Origin: Trueperaceae bacterium
Lineage (GTDB): Bacteria; Deinococcota; Deinococci; Deinococcales; Trueperaceae
Assembly (NCBI GenBank): GCA_040905465.1
Contig: JBBDRK010000058.1
Coordinates: 1 to 18,155 of the forward strand
Length of the DNA: 18,155 bases
Direction of reading: 5' to 3'
The translations under genes and the position numbers were made by a program. The notes beneath the pieces are model-generated. The model saw only the letters and a list, made by a program, of their open reading frames with translations, had not been told where the DNA came from and made no database searches. How positions within the stretch are numbered: position 1 is the first letter of the stretch; every line of letters begins with the position of its first letter. Below are positions 8,988 through 17,662 of this stretch, in pieces.

Positions 8988-10100
8988 TCAACCGGTTCTG
9001 GCGGCACCGAGCAGTTCGCGGGCCTGACCGAGCGCTTCGTCGATGCCTGCCGGAGACCAGCTCGCGCGGCCTTCGATCATCAGGCTGCTGCAGCCGTCGC
9101 GCAGGCAGCGGTGACCATCGACATCGGCCGTGTGGCGGCAGGAGTTGGCTCTCTCCGGCATTACCTCGCCGACGGCTCGGTGAAGCTCCAGGTCGAGCGG
9201 CGCCCAGCGTTCGGGGTCCGAGGCGGAGAAGATGATCACGCTGGGCGTACTGAGCGCAGCCGCGAGGTGCGACACGCCGGTGTCGTTGCAGACCACCAAC
9301 TCGGCGTCCCGGACGAGTGCCGCCAGCGCCCCCAGGTCGGTCCGGCCCGCCAGGTCGACCGCCTTGCTGCGCATCGAGCGAACGACCGCCGCGGTTATCT
9401 CCTTCTCGCCTTCGGTTCCGGTGAGCACCGGCACCAGACCCTCCGCCGCCAGTGCGTCTGCGACCGCTGCGAACCGTTCCGTCGGCCACATGCGTTCCCG
9501 GTCCGTCGCGCCCGGATGCACGCACACGTAGCGACCGTCGCGGCGTTCCGGCCAGGCCGAGCCCAAACGCTCCTCGTCGGCCGCGGTGACCGGGAACTCC
9601 AGCGACTCGCCCGCCGGCGGGATTCCCAGGAACTCCATCAGCGCCAACCAGCGCCGTACTTCGTTGAGGTGGGCCGGGTAGGCCGTGAACCGGTCGGGGT
9701 CGGGACACCACAGCGACGGAAGGTAGAACCCGGCGGCGTCTCTGGCGCCGAGCAGGATGGTGAACGGGTTGCTGTGAGTACCGCTGCCGTGCATCTGCAG
9801 TGCCAGGTCGAAGCGGCCCTGGACGTTGGCGAAGAATTCGGGCAGGCGGGCCGGGTCCGCGGCTACCTCTGGAATTCCCGGGAACCCGGGAAACTCCAGC
9901 AAGTCGTCGAGGTAGTGGGCGAACCGCTCCTGTAGCACGCGCGCCGCGGGCAGGCCGACGAGGGTGATCCGGGCACGTGGCAAAGACGCGCGCAGTGCGC
10001 GCAATGCCGGAACCGTGCACAACATGTCCCCCAGGCCCCGCAACGCTCGAACCACGGCGATTCGTTCGGGCGGCGGAGACCCGATCCGATCCTGCGCCAT
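8988..10100 (-). CDS. Glycosyltransferase family 9 (heptosyltransferase-like) protein
   Basis: RALRGLGDMLCTVPALRALR, VHPGA....RMWP.ERFA, DLAGRTDLGALAAL, VVCNDTGVSHLAAAL are GT9 hallmarks. Confidence 0.88.
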   Translation of the reverse strand: MAQDRIGSPPPERIAVVRALRGLGDMLCTVPALRALRASLPRARITLVGLPAARVLQERFAHYLDDLLEFPGFPGIPEVAADPARLPEFFANVQGRFDLALQMHGSGTHSNPFTILLGARDAAGFYLPSLWCPDPDRFTAYPAHLNEVRRWLALMEFLGIPPAGESLEFPVTAADEERLGSAWPERRDGRYVCVHPGATDRERMWPTERFAAVADALAAEGLVPVLTGTEGEKEITAAVVRSMRSKAVDLAGRTDLGALAALVRDAELVVCNDTGVSHLAAALSTPSVIIFSASDPERWAPLDLELHRAVGEVMPERANSCRHTADVDGHRCLRDGCSSLMIEGRASWSPAGIDEALGQARELLGAARTG

Positions 10101-10242
10101 CGATCACCCCCGATTGCGCCAAGTGCACCATATGGGCGGGGAGGAGTCTGAGAGCGGCGCACCTTTGCGCTCGCTCGATCGGGCCAGACAGCGTTGTTTC
10201 GGTCCTTGTCGATCGGGAAGCACCTCGTACTTGACGGTTTTC

Positions 10243-10271
10243 TTGACAGCGGAGTACATACGGACTATATT
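10243..10271 (+). promoter_or_regulatory. Near-consensus sigma70-type promoter of the ABC exporter operon
   Basis: TTGACA (10243-10248), 17-nt spacer, TATATT (10266-10271); predicted TSS about 10278. Confidence 0.8.
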
Positions 10272-10277
10272 CAGCCG

Positions 10278-10460
10278 CACTGTTGAGACCCCGCCAGAGG
10301 CTGCAAGCCGAAGCGGGAATGCGCGAACGCCACTATTGGTAGTCGCGCGGGACGGGCAGCATTCGGCGAGCGATCACCCGTAGCCTCGCCCAACGGGTGT
10401 ATATACATGCAACGCGATGCCGATCGAAATTCATCGCGCCGGGCGAATGAACGAAAGGAG
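10278..10460 (+). promoter_or_regulatory. Structured 5' leader, candidate attenuator/riboregulator
   Basis: Four hairpins (10290-10317, 10321-10348, 10375-10399, 10413-10438) plus alternative pairings between promoter and RBS. Confidence 0.55.
10283..10342 (+). CDS. Putative leader peptide uORF (L/M)[18 protein letters not shown], or MRERHYW* from ATG 10319
   Basis: Open frame from CTG 10280/TTG 10283 (next to the predicted TSS) through in-frame ATG 10319 to TAG 10340-10342, embedded in hairpins. Translation is not demonstrated. Confidence 0.45.
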   Translation: MRPRQRLQAEAGMRERHYW

Positions 10461-10466
10461 CTGGAG

Positions 10467-11474
10467 ATGCAGAGCGATTCCGGGCCCGCCATCGAGGCCC
10501 GCGGGCTGGTCAAGAACTATGGCAGTACTCGAGCTGTAGACGGGGTGGACCTGGCGGTCAGGAGAGGCACGGTTCATAGCTTCCTCGGTCCCAACGGCGC
10601 CGGCAAGACGACCACCATACGCATGCTCGCCACGTTGGTGATTCCCGACGCCGGCACCGCAACGGTGTTCGGCCACGACGTGGTGCGAGAGGCAGCCGCC
10701 GTTCGCCGGAGAGTGAGCCTCACCGGCCAGTTCGCCTCGGTCGACGAGGATCTCAGCGGGTTCGAGAACCTGTTGCTGGTGGGCCGGCTCTGGGGTTACA
10801 GCCCGCGCCAGGCTCGGGCGCGCGCCGGCGAGCTGCTCGACGCCTTCGGTTTGGCCGACGCAGCCGGACGCCAAGCGCGCACCTACTCGGGCGGCATGCG
10901 GCGCCGGCTCGACGTTGCCGCCAGCCTGGTCGTTACACCGGATCTCCTGTTCCTGGACGAACCCACCACCGGTCTCGATCCCAGAAGCCGGAACCAGGTG
11001 TGGGACATAGTTCGGGCACTGGTCGCCGGCGGAACGACGGTGCTGCTGACCACGCAATACCTGGAAGAGGCGGATCAGCTCGCCGACCGGATCGCAGTGA
11101 TAGATCAAGGCAGGGTGATCGCAGAGGGCAGCAGTTCGGAGCTCAAGGCCTCGGTCGGCAGCGGAGCGCTCAATATCCGGCTGCAGCAGCCCGAGCGTCG
11201 CCCGGAGGCCGAACGGATCCTGTCGCGCGCGCTCGGAATAGCGGTGCAGCTCGAGTCGGACCCGGCCGCGCTTACCGCCCGTATCGATGACACGGCGGTC
11301 GTGATTCGAGCTCTAGAGCAACTGTCGGCCGCCGACATAGAGATTTCCTCGTTCTCACTCGGGCAGCCGAGCCTGGACGAGGTGTTCTTCGCCCTGACCG
11401 GCCGCCCTGCCGAGAAGGAGTCCGGCGAGGATCGGCCCGCCGCGCAAGAAGACGTGAAGGAGGAAGCGGCGTGA
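10467..11474 (+). CDS. ABC exporter ATP-binding subunit, DrrA (daunorubicin-resistance) family
   Basis: Walker [10 protein letters not shown], signature YSGGMRRRL, Walker [25 protein letters not shown]-terminal [22 protein letters not shown] at 10454-10460. Confidence 0.92.
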   Translation: MQSDSGPAIEARGLVKNYGSTRAVDGVDLAVRRGTVHSFLGPNGAGKTTTIRMLATLVIPDAGTATVFGHDVVREAAAVRRRVSLTGQFASVDEDLSGFENLLLVGRLWGYSPRQARARAGELLDAFGLADAAGRQARTYSGGMRRRLDVAASLVVTPDLLFLDEPTTGLDPRSRNQVWDIVRALVAGGTTVLLTTQYLEEADQLADRIAVIDQGRVIAEGSSSELKASVGSGALNIRLQQPERRPEAERILSRALGIAVQLESDPAALTARIDDTAVVIRALEQLSAADIEISSFSLGQPSLDEVFFALTGRPAEKESGEDRPAAQEDVKEEAA

Positions 11475-12322
11475 CCACTTCGACCCCGACCGTTGGAACC
11501 GTATCCGGGCAGGCACGTGACGAAGGCCTGCATGCGGCGTTCACCGCAGGAACCCGCCCGCCGCCGGCCAGCTCCCTGTCGGTCGTGTTTACCTTCGCCT
11601 GGCGTGCTCTGCTGAAGATAAAGCACGTGCCCGAGCAGCTCTTCGACGTGACGGCGTTTCCGCTGATGATGACGCTCATGTTCACATACCTGTTCGGCGG
11701 CGCCATCGCCGGTTCCACCAGCGAGTACCTGCAGTTCCTGCTGCCCGGCATCTTCGTCCAGACTGTTGTGTTCATAACCTTGTACACCGCCGTCGGCCTG
11801 AACACCGACATCTCGAAAGGGATGTTCGACCGCTTCCGGTCGTTGCCTATCTGGCGTCCGGCACCGCTGGTCGGCGCGCTTCTCGGCGACACCGTCCGCT
11901 ACGTGATGGCGGCCAGCGTGGTGATGGCCGTGGGTCTTATCCTGGGATTCCGGCCGGCCGGCGGCGCTGTCGGAGTTCTGTTGGCGCTGGCGCTCCTGCT
12001 GCTGTTCGCGTTCAGCCTTACCTGGATCTGGACCGTCCTCGGCATCCTGATGCAGACGCCGAACGCGGTGATGATGACCAGCATGCTCGTCCTCTTTCCG
12101 ATAACCTTCGGAAGCAACATCTACGTCGACCCGAGCACCATGCCCGGCTGGCTGCAGGCCTTCATCGGCGTAAACCCGATCGCCCGGCTGGTCACGGCGG
12201 TTCGCGGACTCATGCACGGGGCGGCGACCTTCGATCAGATCCTCTGGGTTTTCGGCGCAAGCGCGGTCATCGTGGCGATATTCGCCCCGCTGACCATGTA
12301 CCTCTATTACAGGCGGGAGTAG
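11471..12322 (+). CDS. ABC-2 type exporter permease, DrrB family
   Basis: GTGA overlap with the ATPase stop; about 6 TM segments; [37 protein letters not shown]. Confidence 0.92.
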   Translation: MTTSTPTVGTVSGQARDEGLHAAFTAGTRPPPASSLSVVFTFAWRALLKIKHVPEQLFDVTAFPLMMTLMFTYLFGGAIAGSTSEYLQFLLPGIFVQTVVFITLYTAVGLNTDISKGMFDRFRSLPIWRPAPLVGALLGDTVRYVMAASVVMAVGLILGFRPAGGAVGVLLALALLLLFAFSLTWIWTVLGILMQTPNAVMMTSMLVLFPITFGSNIYVDPSTMPGWLQAFIGVNPIARLVTAVRGLMHGAATFDQILWVFGASAVIVAIFAPLTMYLYYRRE

Positions 12323-12403
12323 CGACTCGGAGCCGGCCGGCTGCGATGCCCCGGGCAGCTCGCCGCCCCACTCAACCGACCTCCGGGTCGATGGCGAACT
12401 GTA

Positions 12404-12436
12404 CGACCGGTGCCGGCTCGGCCGGGCACTCGGTCG
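12404..12436. terminator. Hairpin between convergent ABC permease and LarA-like genes
   Basis: CGACCG-GTGCC-GGC / GCC-(G)-GGCAC-(T)-CGGTCG: about 14-bp stem with two bulges; no U-tract. Confidence 0.35.
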
Positions 12437-12450
12437 CCCGGTCCGGCGCT

Positions 12451-13728
12451 TCACCCGGCGGCTCCCCCGTCGCGTACCCGGTAGAGCGTTTCGCCCGCTT
12501 TCGGCACGTAGAGCACGCCCTCGTCCTCCCGACCCTGCCAGCGGGTGGGATCGATTTCGGCGGGGTCCAGGTAGCCGAGGTTGAGCCGCTCGCACTCCTC
12601 GCGGGAGAGCCGGGTGGCAAGCGTCACCCGGGCGCGGGGCCTCTCCACTCCGTCCTCGTATTCGCCGTCGCCACGCACGTGGGTCGAGTGAGCCAGCACT
12701 CCCAGCGGGAAGTGCGAGAAGCGCTCCCACTGCTTCAGGAAGTAGGGGAGCACGTGATAGCCGATCTCATAGATGTAGCGGCCGTGGGCACGACTCACCG
12801 TGTCGAGGTGCGGCGCGTAGATAATGAGCTCGCCGCCTGCGGCCAGCGCCGGCTCGAGCTTGTACATCGCCTTGCCGGCCGTCCACAGCTCGTCGTACAT
12901 CGGGGGAGCGCCGGAGAGAACTCTCCGGAAGGGGCGGTCCACCCAGCGGATGTGCCGCTCGGACGACAGGTCTGCGGCTTCCGACCATGCCTCCAGGTAG
13001 TCGCCCACGAACAGCCCGGACAGCCCTGCCCCTTCTACCACCAGCGCCGCCAGCGTCGTCGGCGTGGGCACGAGCCGGGCCGCTTCATGGATCATTGCGC
13101 GCACCGGCGTGTCTTTTATGCCGATCGTCCGCCTCACCCCGGCCATCGCCCCCATCCAGTGGGTGACGTTGATCATCTCGGCGCCGCTGACGCCGGGAAA
13201 GAAGTATTTGGCGCCGCCCGAGAAACCGACGACCTCGTGGGGAAATGTAGGTCCGAGGATGATCACGTGGTCGTAGTCGAGTACCGCACGGTTGATCCTG
13301 ACGTCGACGGCGCCGCCGAGAGTGGGGTGCCAGCTCTCGCCGGCTATCTCGCGGACACGCTCCTCCGCCAGTTCGCCCAGCGAGATGAGCGTGTGCGGGT
13401 CTTGCCATGCGTGGTTTTGCAGTCCGACGTGCCGATAGCGCCCGCTTCGCTCCTCGGCCGTGAGGCCGACCAGCCTCATGAGCTGATCCTCGGACAGCGG
13501 CGGATGGGTCCCCAACGCGACCATGAAATCGATCCGTGCGGCGCCGGCGAGCAGATCGACCAGGATGCGAAACAGCATGGCCAACGGCAAACTGCGGGTG
13601 TGATCCGGGATCAGGACCAGAATCCGCTCCCCATTGTGCCGGTCCTGGAGGCCGCGCGCCAACGTCTCCTCGATCTCGTCCTGGCCAAGAAGCTCCGCCT
13701 CCGCGGCAATGGCACGCGCGTGCATCAT
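12451..13728 (-). CDS. Lactate racemase (LarA) superfamily protein, predicted nickel-pincer-dependent 2-hydroxy-acid racemase/epimerase
   Basis: LIPDHTRS, VALGTH, GPTFPHEVVGFSGGAKYFFPG, INVTH and KAMYK match the LarA catalytic and cofactor-binding His/Lys motifs. Start set at ATG 13728 (or 13725). Confidence 0.85.
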   Translation of the reverse strand: MMHARAIAAEAELLGQDEIEETLARGLQDRHNGERILVLIPDHTRSLPLAMLFRILVDLLAGAARIDFMVALGTHPPLSEDQLMRLVGLTAEERSGRYRHVGLQNHAWQDPHTLISLGELAEERVREIAGESWHPTLGGAVDVRINRAVLDYDHVIILGPTFPHEVVGFSGGAKYFFPGVSGAEMINVTHWMGAMAGVRRTIGIKDTPVRAMIHEAARLVPTPTTLAALVVEGAGLSGLFVGDYLEAWSEAADLSSERHIRWVDRPFRRVLSGAPPMYDELWTAGKAMYKLEPALAAGGELIIYAPHLDTVSRAHGRYIYEIGYHVLPYFLKQWERFSHFPLGVLAHSTHVRGDGEYEDGVERPRARVTLATRLSREECERLNLGYLDPAEIDPTRWQGREDEGVLYVPKAGETLYRVRDGGAAG

Positions 13729-13820
13729 TCGGCACCGCCGTAGGTGCGGTTCTGGTGGCTCCGGCGGGTGGTCTGTGCCATGGCGCTGGTGAAAGCGGTC
13801 CGGCCGCATTGCGGGATCAT
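13725..13820 (-). CDS. Putative 31-aa small ORF MIPQCGRTAFTSAMAQTTRRSHQNRTYGGAE, coupled to the LarA-like start
   Basis: AAGGAG RBS 7 nt upstream of ATG 13820; its TGA overlaps the LarA ATG (ATGA); extended -10 TG-A-TAATCT at 13863-13855. Confidence 0.4.
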   Translation of the reverse strand: MIPQCGRTAFTSAMAQTTRRSHQNRTYGGAE

Positions 13821-14058
13821 CAGACTTCTCCTTGGCCGTCCAGGGCGTAGGGCGAGATTATCAAAGGAAGCTCGGGATGGGGTAGCCTTACGCGATATCG
13901 ATGGTCCGGAGCGGGCACTCCACTCCCGGGTGCCGTCGGCGGAGCCGGGCATTCGGCGCGGGACACGGGCGAATCCCCGTATCGACTGCCCGTCTCGATG
14001 CCGCACTACGAGGTGGCACGCAGCAAGGAGAGTGTAGGGGAATTAGGAAGGAGACCGA

Positions 14059-15567
14059 ATGCAGCAAACAGGCGTCGCATCACAGGGAGTCGGCTTACAG
14101 GGCATCGCATGGCACGGTGACGAGGGTATGGACATCGGCGTTGTCGGCCTGGCGGTGATGGGACAGAACCTGGTGCTCAACATGAACGACCACGGCTACC
14201 GCGTGGCCGTCTACAACCGTACCGGCGAGACGACTCGGGCTTTCACCGAGGGGCCGGCAGCAGGGACCCGGGTCCGCGGCTTCGAAAGCCTCGAGGGCCT
14301 GGTAGGCGCGCTTGAGCGTCCCCGCAAGGTCATGCTCATGGTCAAGGCAGGCGATGTAGTCGACCGGGTGATAGAGAACCTGGTTCCTCTGCTCGAGCAA
14401 GGCGACATCATCGTAGACGGCGGGAACTCGAACTACCGGGACACCCGGCGGCGAGAGCGGGAGCTGGCTGGCAAGGGCCTGAGGTTCCTGGGCAGCGGGG
14501 TGTCCGGCGGGGAGGAGGGCGCCCGTACCGGCCCTTCGATAATGCCCGGCGGTCCCAAGGACGCCTGGCATGAACTGAAGCCGCTGCTGCAGGCGATCAG
14601 CGCCAAGGTAGACGGCGAGCCGTGCTGCGAATGGCTGGGTGAGGACGGTGCCGGCCACTTCGTCAAGATGGTGCACAACGGCATCGAGTACGGCGACATG
14701 CAACTGATAGCCGAGGCCTATCATCTGATGCGCGACGGGCTGGGACTGAGTGCGCCGGAGATGCACGAGGCGTTCGGGCGGTGGAACGAAGGTCCGTTGG
14801 ATTCGTACCTCATCGAGATCACGCGCGACATACTCGGCACCTACGACGAGGACGGGGCGCTGGTACTGGACCTTATCCTCGACCGCGCCGGTCAGAAAGG
14901 TACCGGCCGTTGGACCGCCATCGAGGCGCTGGAACAGGGTGTTCCGCTCACCCTGGTGACCGAGGCGGTATTCGCGCGCTCGCTCTCGGCGCTGAAGGAG
15001 GAACGGGCGCGGGCGGCAGAGATCCTGGCCGGCCCTAGCGCGCACTTCGGCGGCGACCGTTCCGCGTTGCTGGCCGACGTGGAGGGGGCGCTCTACGCCT
15101 CGAAGATCTGCTCGTACGCCCAGGGCTATATGCTGATGCGCTCCGCCAAGGACGCCTACGGATGGAACCTCGACCTCGGCGCAACAGCGTCACTCTGGCG
15201 CGGTGGTTGCATCATCCGGTCACGCTTTCTCAACGACATCAAGGCTGCGTTCGGTCGCGACCCCGAGCTGAGCAACCTGCTGCTCGATCCGTTCTTCCGG
15301 GACGAGATCTCTGGGACGCAGGCCGCCTGGCGCCGGGTGGTCGGCGAGTGCGTCAAGCTGGGCGTACCGGCGCCCGCGATGTCGGCGGCGCTGGCGTTTT
15401 TCGACGGTTACCGGACCGAGCGGCTGCCAGCGAACCTGATCCAGGCGCAGCGAGACTACTTCGGGGCGCATACCTACGAGCGGGTCGACCGGCCGCGCGG
15501 TGAGGCGTTCCATACCAACTGGACCGGGCGTGGCGGCGACGTGGCGTCGGGATCGTACGAGGCGTAG
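14059..15567 (+). CDS. gndA: 6-phosphogluconate dehydrogenase, decarboxylating, NADP+-dependent (long form)
   Basis: DIGVVGLAVMGQNL, YNRT (NADP-type), DGGNS, GVSGGEEGA, KMVHNGIEYGDMQ, QAQRDYFGAHTY; AAGGAG RBS 5 nt before ATG 14059 (alternative start 14128). Confidence 0.96.
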   Translation: MQQTGVASQGVGLQGIAWHGDEGMDIGVVGLAVMGQNLVLNMNDHGYRVAVYNRTGETTRAFTEGPAAGTRVRGFESLEGLVGALERPRKVMLMVKAGDVVDRVIENLVPLLEQGDIIVDGGNSNYRDTRRRERELAGKGLRFLGSGVSGGEEGARTGPSIMPGGPKDAWHELKPLLQAISAKVDGEPCCEWLGEDGAGHFVKMVHNGIEYGDMQLIAEAYHLMRDGLGLSAPEMHEAFGRWNEGPLDSYLIEITRDILGTYDEDGALVLDLILDRAGQKGTGRWTAIEALEQGVPLTLVTEAVFARSLSALKEERARAAEILAGPSAHFGGDRSALLADVEGALYASKICSYAQGYMLMRSAKDAYGWNLDLGATASLWRGGCIIRSRFLNDIKAAFGRDPELSNLLLDPFFRDEISGTQAAWRRVVGECVKLGVPAPAMSAALAFFDGYRTERLPANLIQAQRDYFGAHTYERVDRPRGEAFHTNWTGRGGDVASGSYEA

Positions 15568-15676
15568 TGTGCCGAATCTGTGGCCGCGGCGTTCAGGTCA
15601 GGGGCGGTGAACGGGCGCACGCTAGAGTTCGTCGGACGGCCTCCTGGTCCACCTCGCGCATCGTGGCAGTTCAGGC

Positions 15677-17662
15677 TTAAGACGAACGCCGGCTCCTGCG
15701 AGCCCGTGGCGAGAGAGTGAAGTAGAAGGTCGCTCCCTTGTCGACCTCGCCGTCGGCCCAGATCCGTCCCCCGTGCTTGTGGATGATTCGTTGAACTGTA
15801 GCAAGGCCAATACCGGTGCCCGAATACTCCGCGGAGGCGTGGAGCCGCTGAAAGGGCACGAACAGCCTTTGTGAGTGATCCATCGAGAAGCCCGCTCCGT
15901 TATCGCGCACAATGAAGTGTTTCTGGGTTGCGTCGCCGCTCATGCCCACCTCGATGCGGCCGTCAGTGCGGCCCCTCGTGAACTTGATGGCGTTATCCAA
16001 CAGGTTCTCCAGCGCGATTCGGAGGAGGGAGGGATCGCCAACCGCAGTCATTCCGTCCTCGATGGTGATAGTCAGCCCCACGCCCTCCGGTTCCCTGTCG
16101 AGCAAGTCCTTGGCTACCTGGCGCGCTACGTCGCCGAGGTCGAACTCGCTCGGCGTGACCTCGGTGCGCGTGAGATAGGACAGCTTGAGCAGGTCGTCGA
16201 TGAGTTCACCCATGCGACCGGCCGCTGCCCGGATGCGCCGCAGATAGCTGCGGCCGCCGTCGTCCAGCGACTTCTCGTACTCCTCGAGCAGCGCTTGGCT
16301 GAATCCGTCTATTCCGCGAAGCGGTGCCCGGAGGTCGTGCGATACCGAGTAGTTGAAGCTCTCCAACTCCGAGTTGAGTGCCTTCAACTCGGCGGTTCGT
16401 TCTTCGACCCTCTCCCCCATCAAGTCGTGGGCCCTTCCGAGCGCGTCGACGGCTTTCTTGTGCTCGGTAACGTCAACGGCGTGCGCGAAAATCCCTGAAA
16501 CCGAGCCGTCGGCTTCACGCAGCGGCTGGTAGACGAAATCCAGGTAATAGTCGTGCTGCTCGACTTGGCTCTCGTGCTTCAGCGGAACCCGCATCCCCCT
16601 GGCGACGAACGGCTCTCCCGTTTCGTAGACGCGGTCGAGCAGTTCGAATATCCCCTCATCCTGCAACTCCGGGAAGGCCTGACGGGCGGTCTTGCCGATG
16701 AGCTCACGCTTGCCTACGAGCTGGTAGTACAAGGGGTTTGCCATCTCGAATACGTGCTCGCTGCCGCGAAGCGTCGCGATCGCGGCGGGTGCTTCCTGGA
16801 ACACGGTCTGCAGCCGGGAGCGCTCCAGCCGGAGAGCTTTCACCAGCCTGTCGCGCTCCTCCTCGGCTCGCTTGCGCTCGGTAACGTTGGTGAAGAGGGC
16901 GGCAACTCTCAGGCTCCCGGCGTCGCCGATACGGAAGGCGTGAACGTCGAACCACCGTCCCATTGCCGCGGATCCCTCGCTAACGCGCACCGGTTCGCCA
17001 GTCAAGGCTACTCGGCCGTATATTTCGAACCAGTGAGGCTCGAGATCGGGCACCAGTTCACGCGCGGTCTTGCCACTGGCATCCTTCAGTCCGGTGAGCT
17101 CTTCGAAGCTGGAGTTCATTTCGATGAAGCGATAGTCGATCGGCTTGCCTATGTCGTCGAGAATGATGTCGCAAACGAAGAACCCTTGATCCATAGAGTT
17201 CAGCAGTGCCTGGTAGAAGTCAGCCCTTTCGCGCGGCAGGCTCTCCGAAAATTGCTTCTCTCCAGCGGTTGCGTGAGCGGTTGCGTGGACCTCGACGACG
17301 GCTCCCACTGCCTCGCCCTCGTGGCGAAAGGGTGTGACCGCATAGGCAACCGGATAGAAGGTCCCGTCCTTGCGGACGAGGATATCCTCCCCCTTCGCCC
17401 GCACTTCCTGTTCAAGCGCCAAGTGTATCGGGCACGCACTTTCAGGATAGGGTTTGCCGTCCGGACGAACATGGTGTATCAGCTCGTGCAGCGTCCGCCC
17501 CTCGAACTCACGAAGCTTGTAACCGGTGAGCTTCTCGGCGGCCCTATTCAGATAGACGCAGTGATGGCGGTCGTCGAGAATGAGCAGCGCCGTTCCTGCA
17601 CTGTCGATACCCAAGCGCAATAGCTGATAGGCAGTTTCGTTTTGTCGACCCTTCAACGGCAC
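15677..17662 (-). CDS. Cytoplasmic multi-PAS sensor histidine kinase (3 PAS + HisKA + HATPase)
   Basis: H-box SHDLRAPLR, N-box ENLLDNAIKF, G1 DNGAGF, F-box LFVPFQRL, G2 GTGIGLA; three PAS-like segments ending in VEV/TNVTE/VDVTE; no TM helices. Start codon uncertain. Confidence 0.9.
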   Translation of the reverse strand: MPLKGRQNETAYQLLRLGIDSAGTALLILDDRHHCVYLNRAAEKLTGYKLREFEGRTLHELIHHVRPDGKPYPESACPIHLALEQEVRAKGEDILVRKDGTFYPVAYAVTPFRHEGEAVGAVVEVHATAHATAGEKQFSESLPRERADFYQALLNSMDQGFFVCDIILDDIGKPIDYRFIEMNSSFEELTGLKDASGKTARELVPDLEPHWFEIYGRVALTGEPVRVSEGSAAMGRWFDVHAFRIGDAGSLRVAALFTNVTERKRAEEERDRLVKALRLERSRLQTVFQEAPAAIATLRGSEHVFEMANPLYYQLVGKRELIGKTARQAFPELQDEGIFELLDRVYETGEPFVARGMRVPLKHESQVEQHDYYLDFVYQPLREADGSVSGIFAHAVDVTEHKKAVDALGRAHDLMGERVEERTAELKALNSELESFNYSVSHDLRAPLRGIDGFSQALLEEYEKSLDDGGRSYLRRIRAAAGRMGELIDDLLKLSYLTRTEVTPSEFDLGDVARQVAKDLLDREPEGVGLTITIEDGMTAVGDPSLLRIALENLLDNAIKFTRGRTDGRIEVGMSGDATQKHFIVRDNGAGFSMDHSQRLFVPFQRLHASAEYSGTGIGLATVQRIIHKHGGRIWADGEVDKGATFYFTLSPRARRSRRSS

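Noticed and set aside
8346-10131. 529-aa plus-strand and 442-aa minus-strand ORFs
   Set aside because: They overlap the well-supported MFS and GT9 genes; typical GC-rich off-frame or antisense ORFs.
10360-10455. HDV-like ribozyme (GGCGAATG and CCTCGC resemble the J4/2 and L3 elements)
   Set aside because: No P2 partner for the bases after GCGAA, and the nested P1/P3 order cannot be built.
10278-10460. T-box or c-di-GMP riboswitch in the ABC leader
   Set aside because: No T-box GGTGGNACC sequence, and no GCAAA...GACGCAAAGC-type core recognisable.
11105-13743. 541-aa minus-strand and 465-aa plus-strand ORFs
   Set aside because: Antisense to the ABC permease and LarA-like genes; no recognisable domains.
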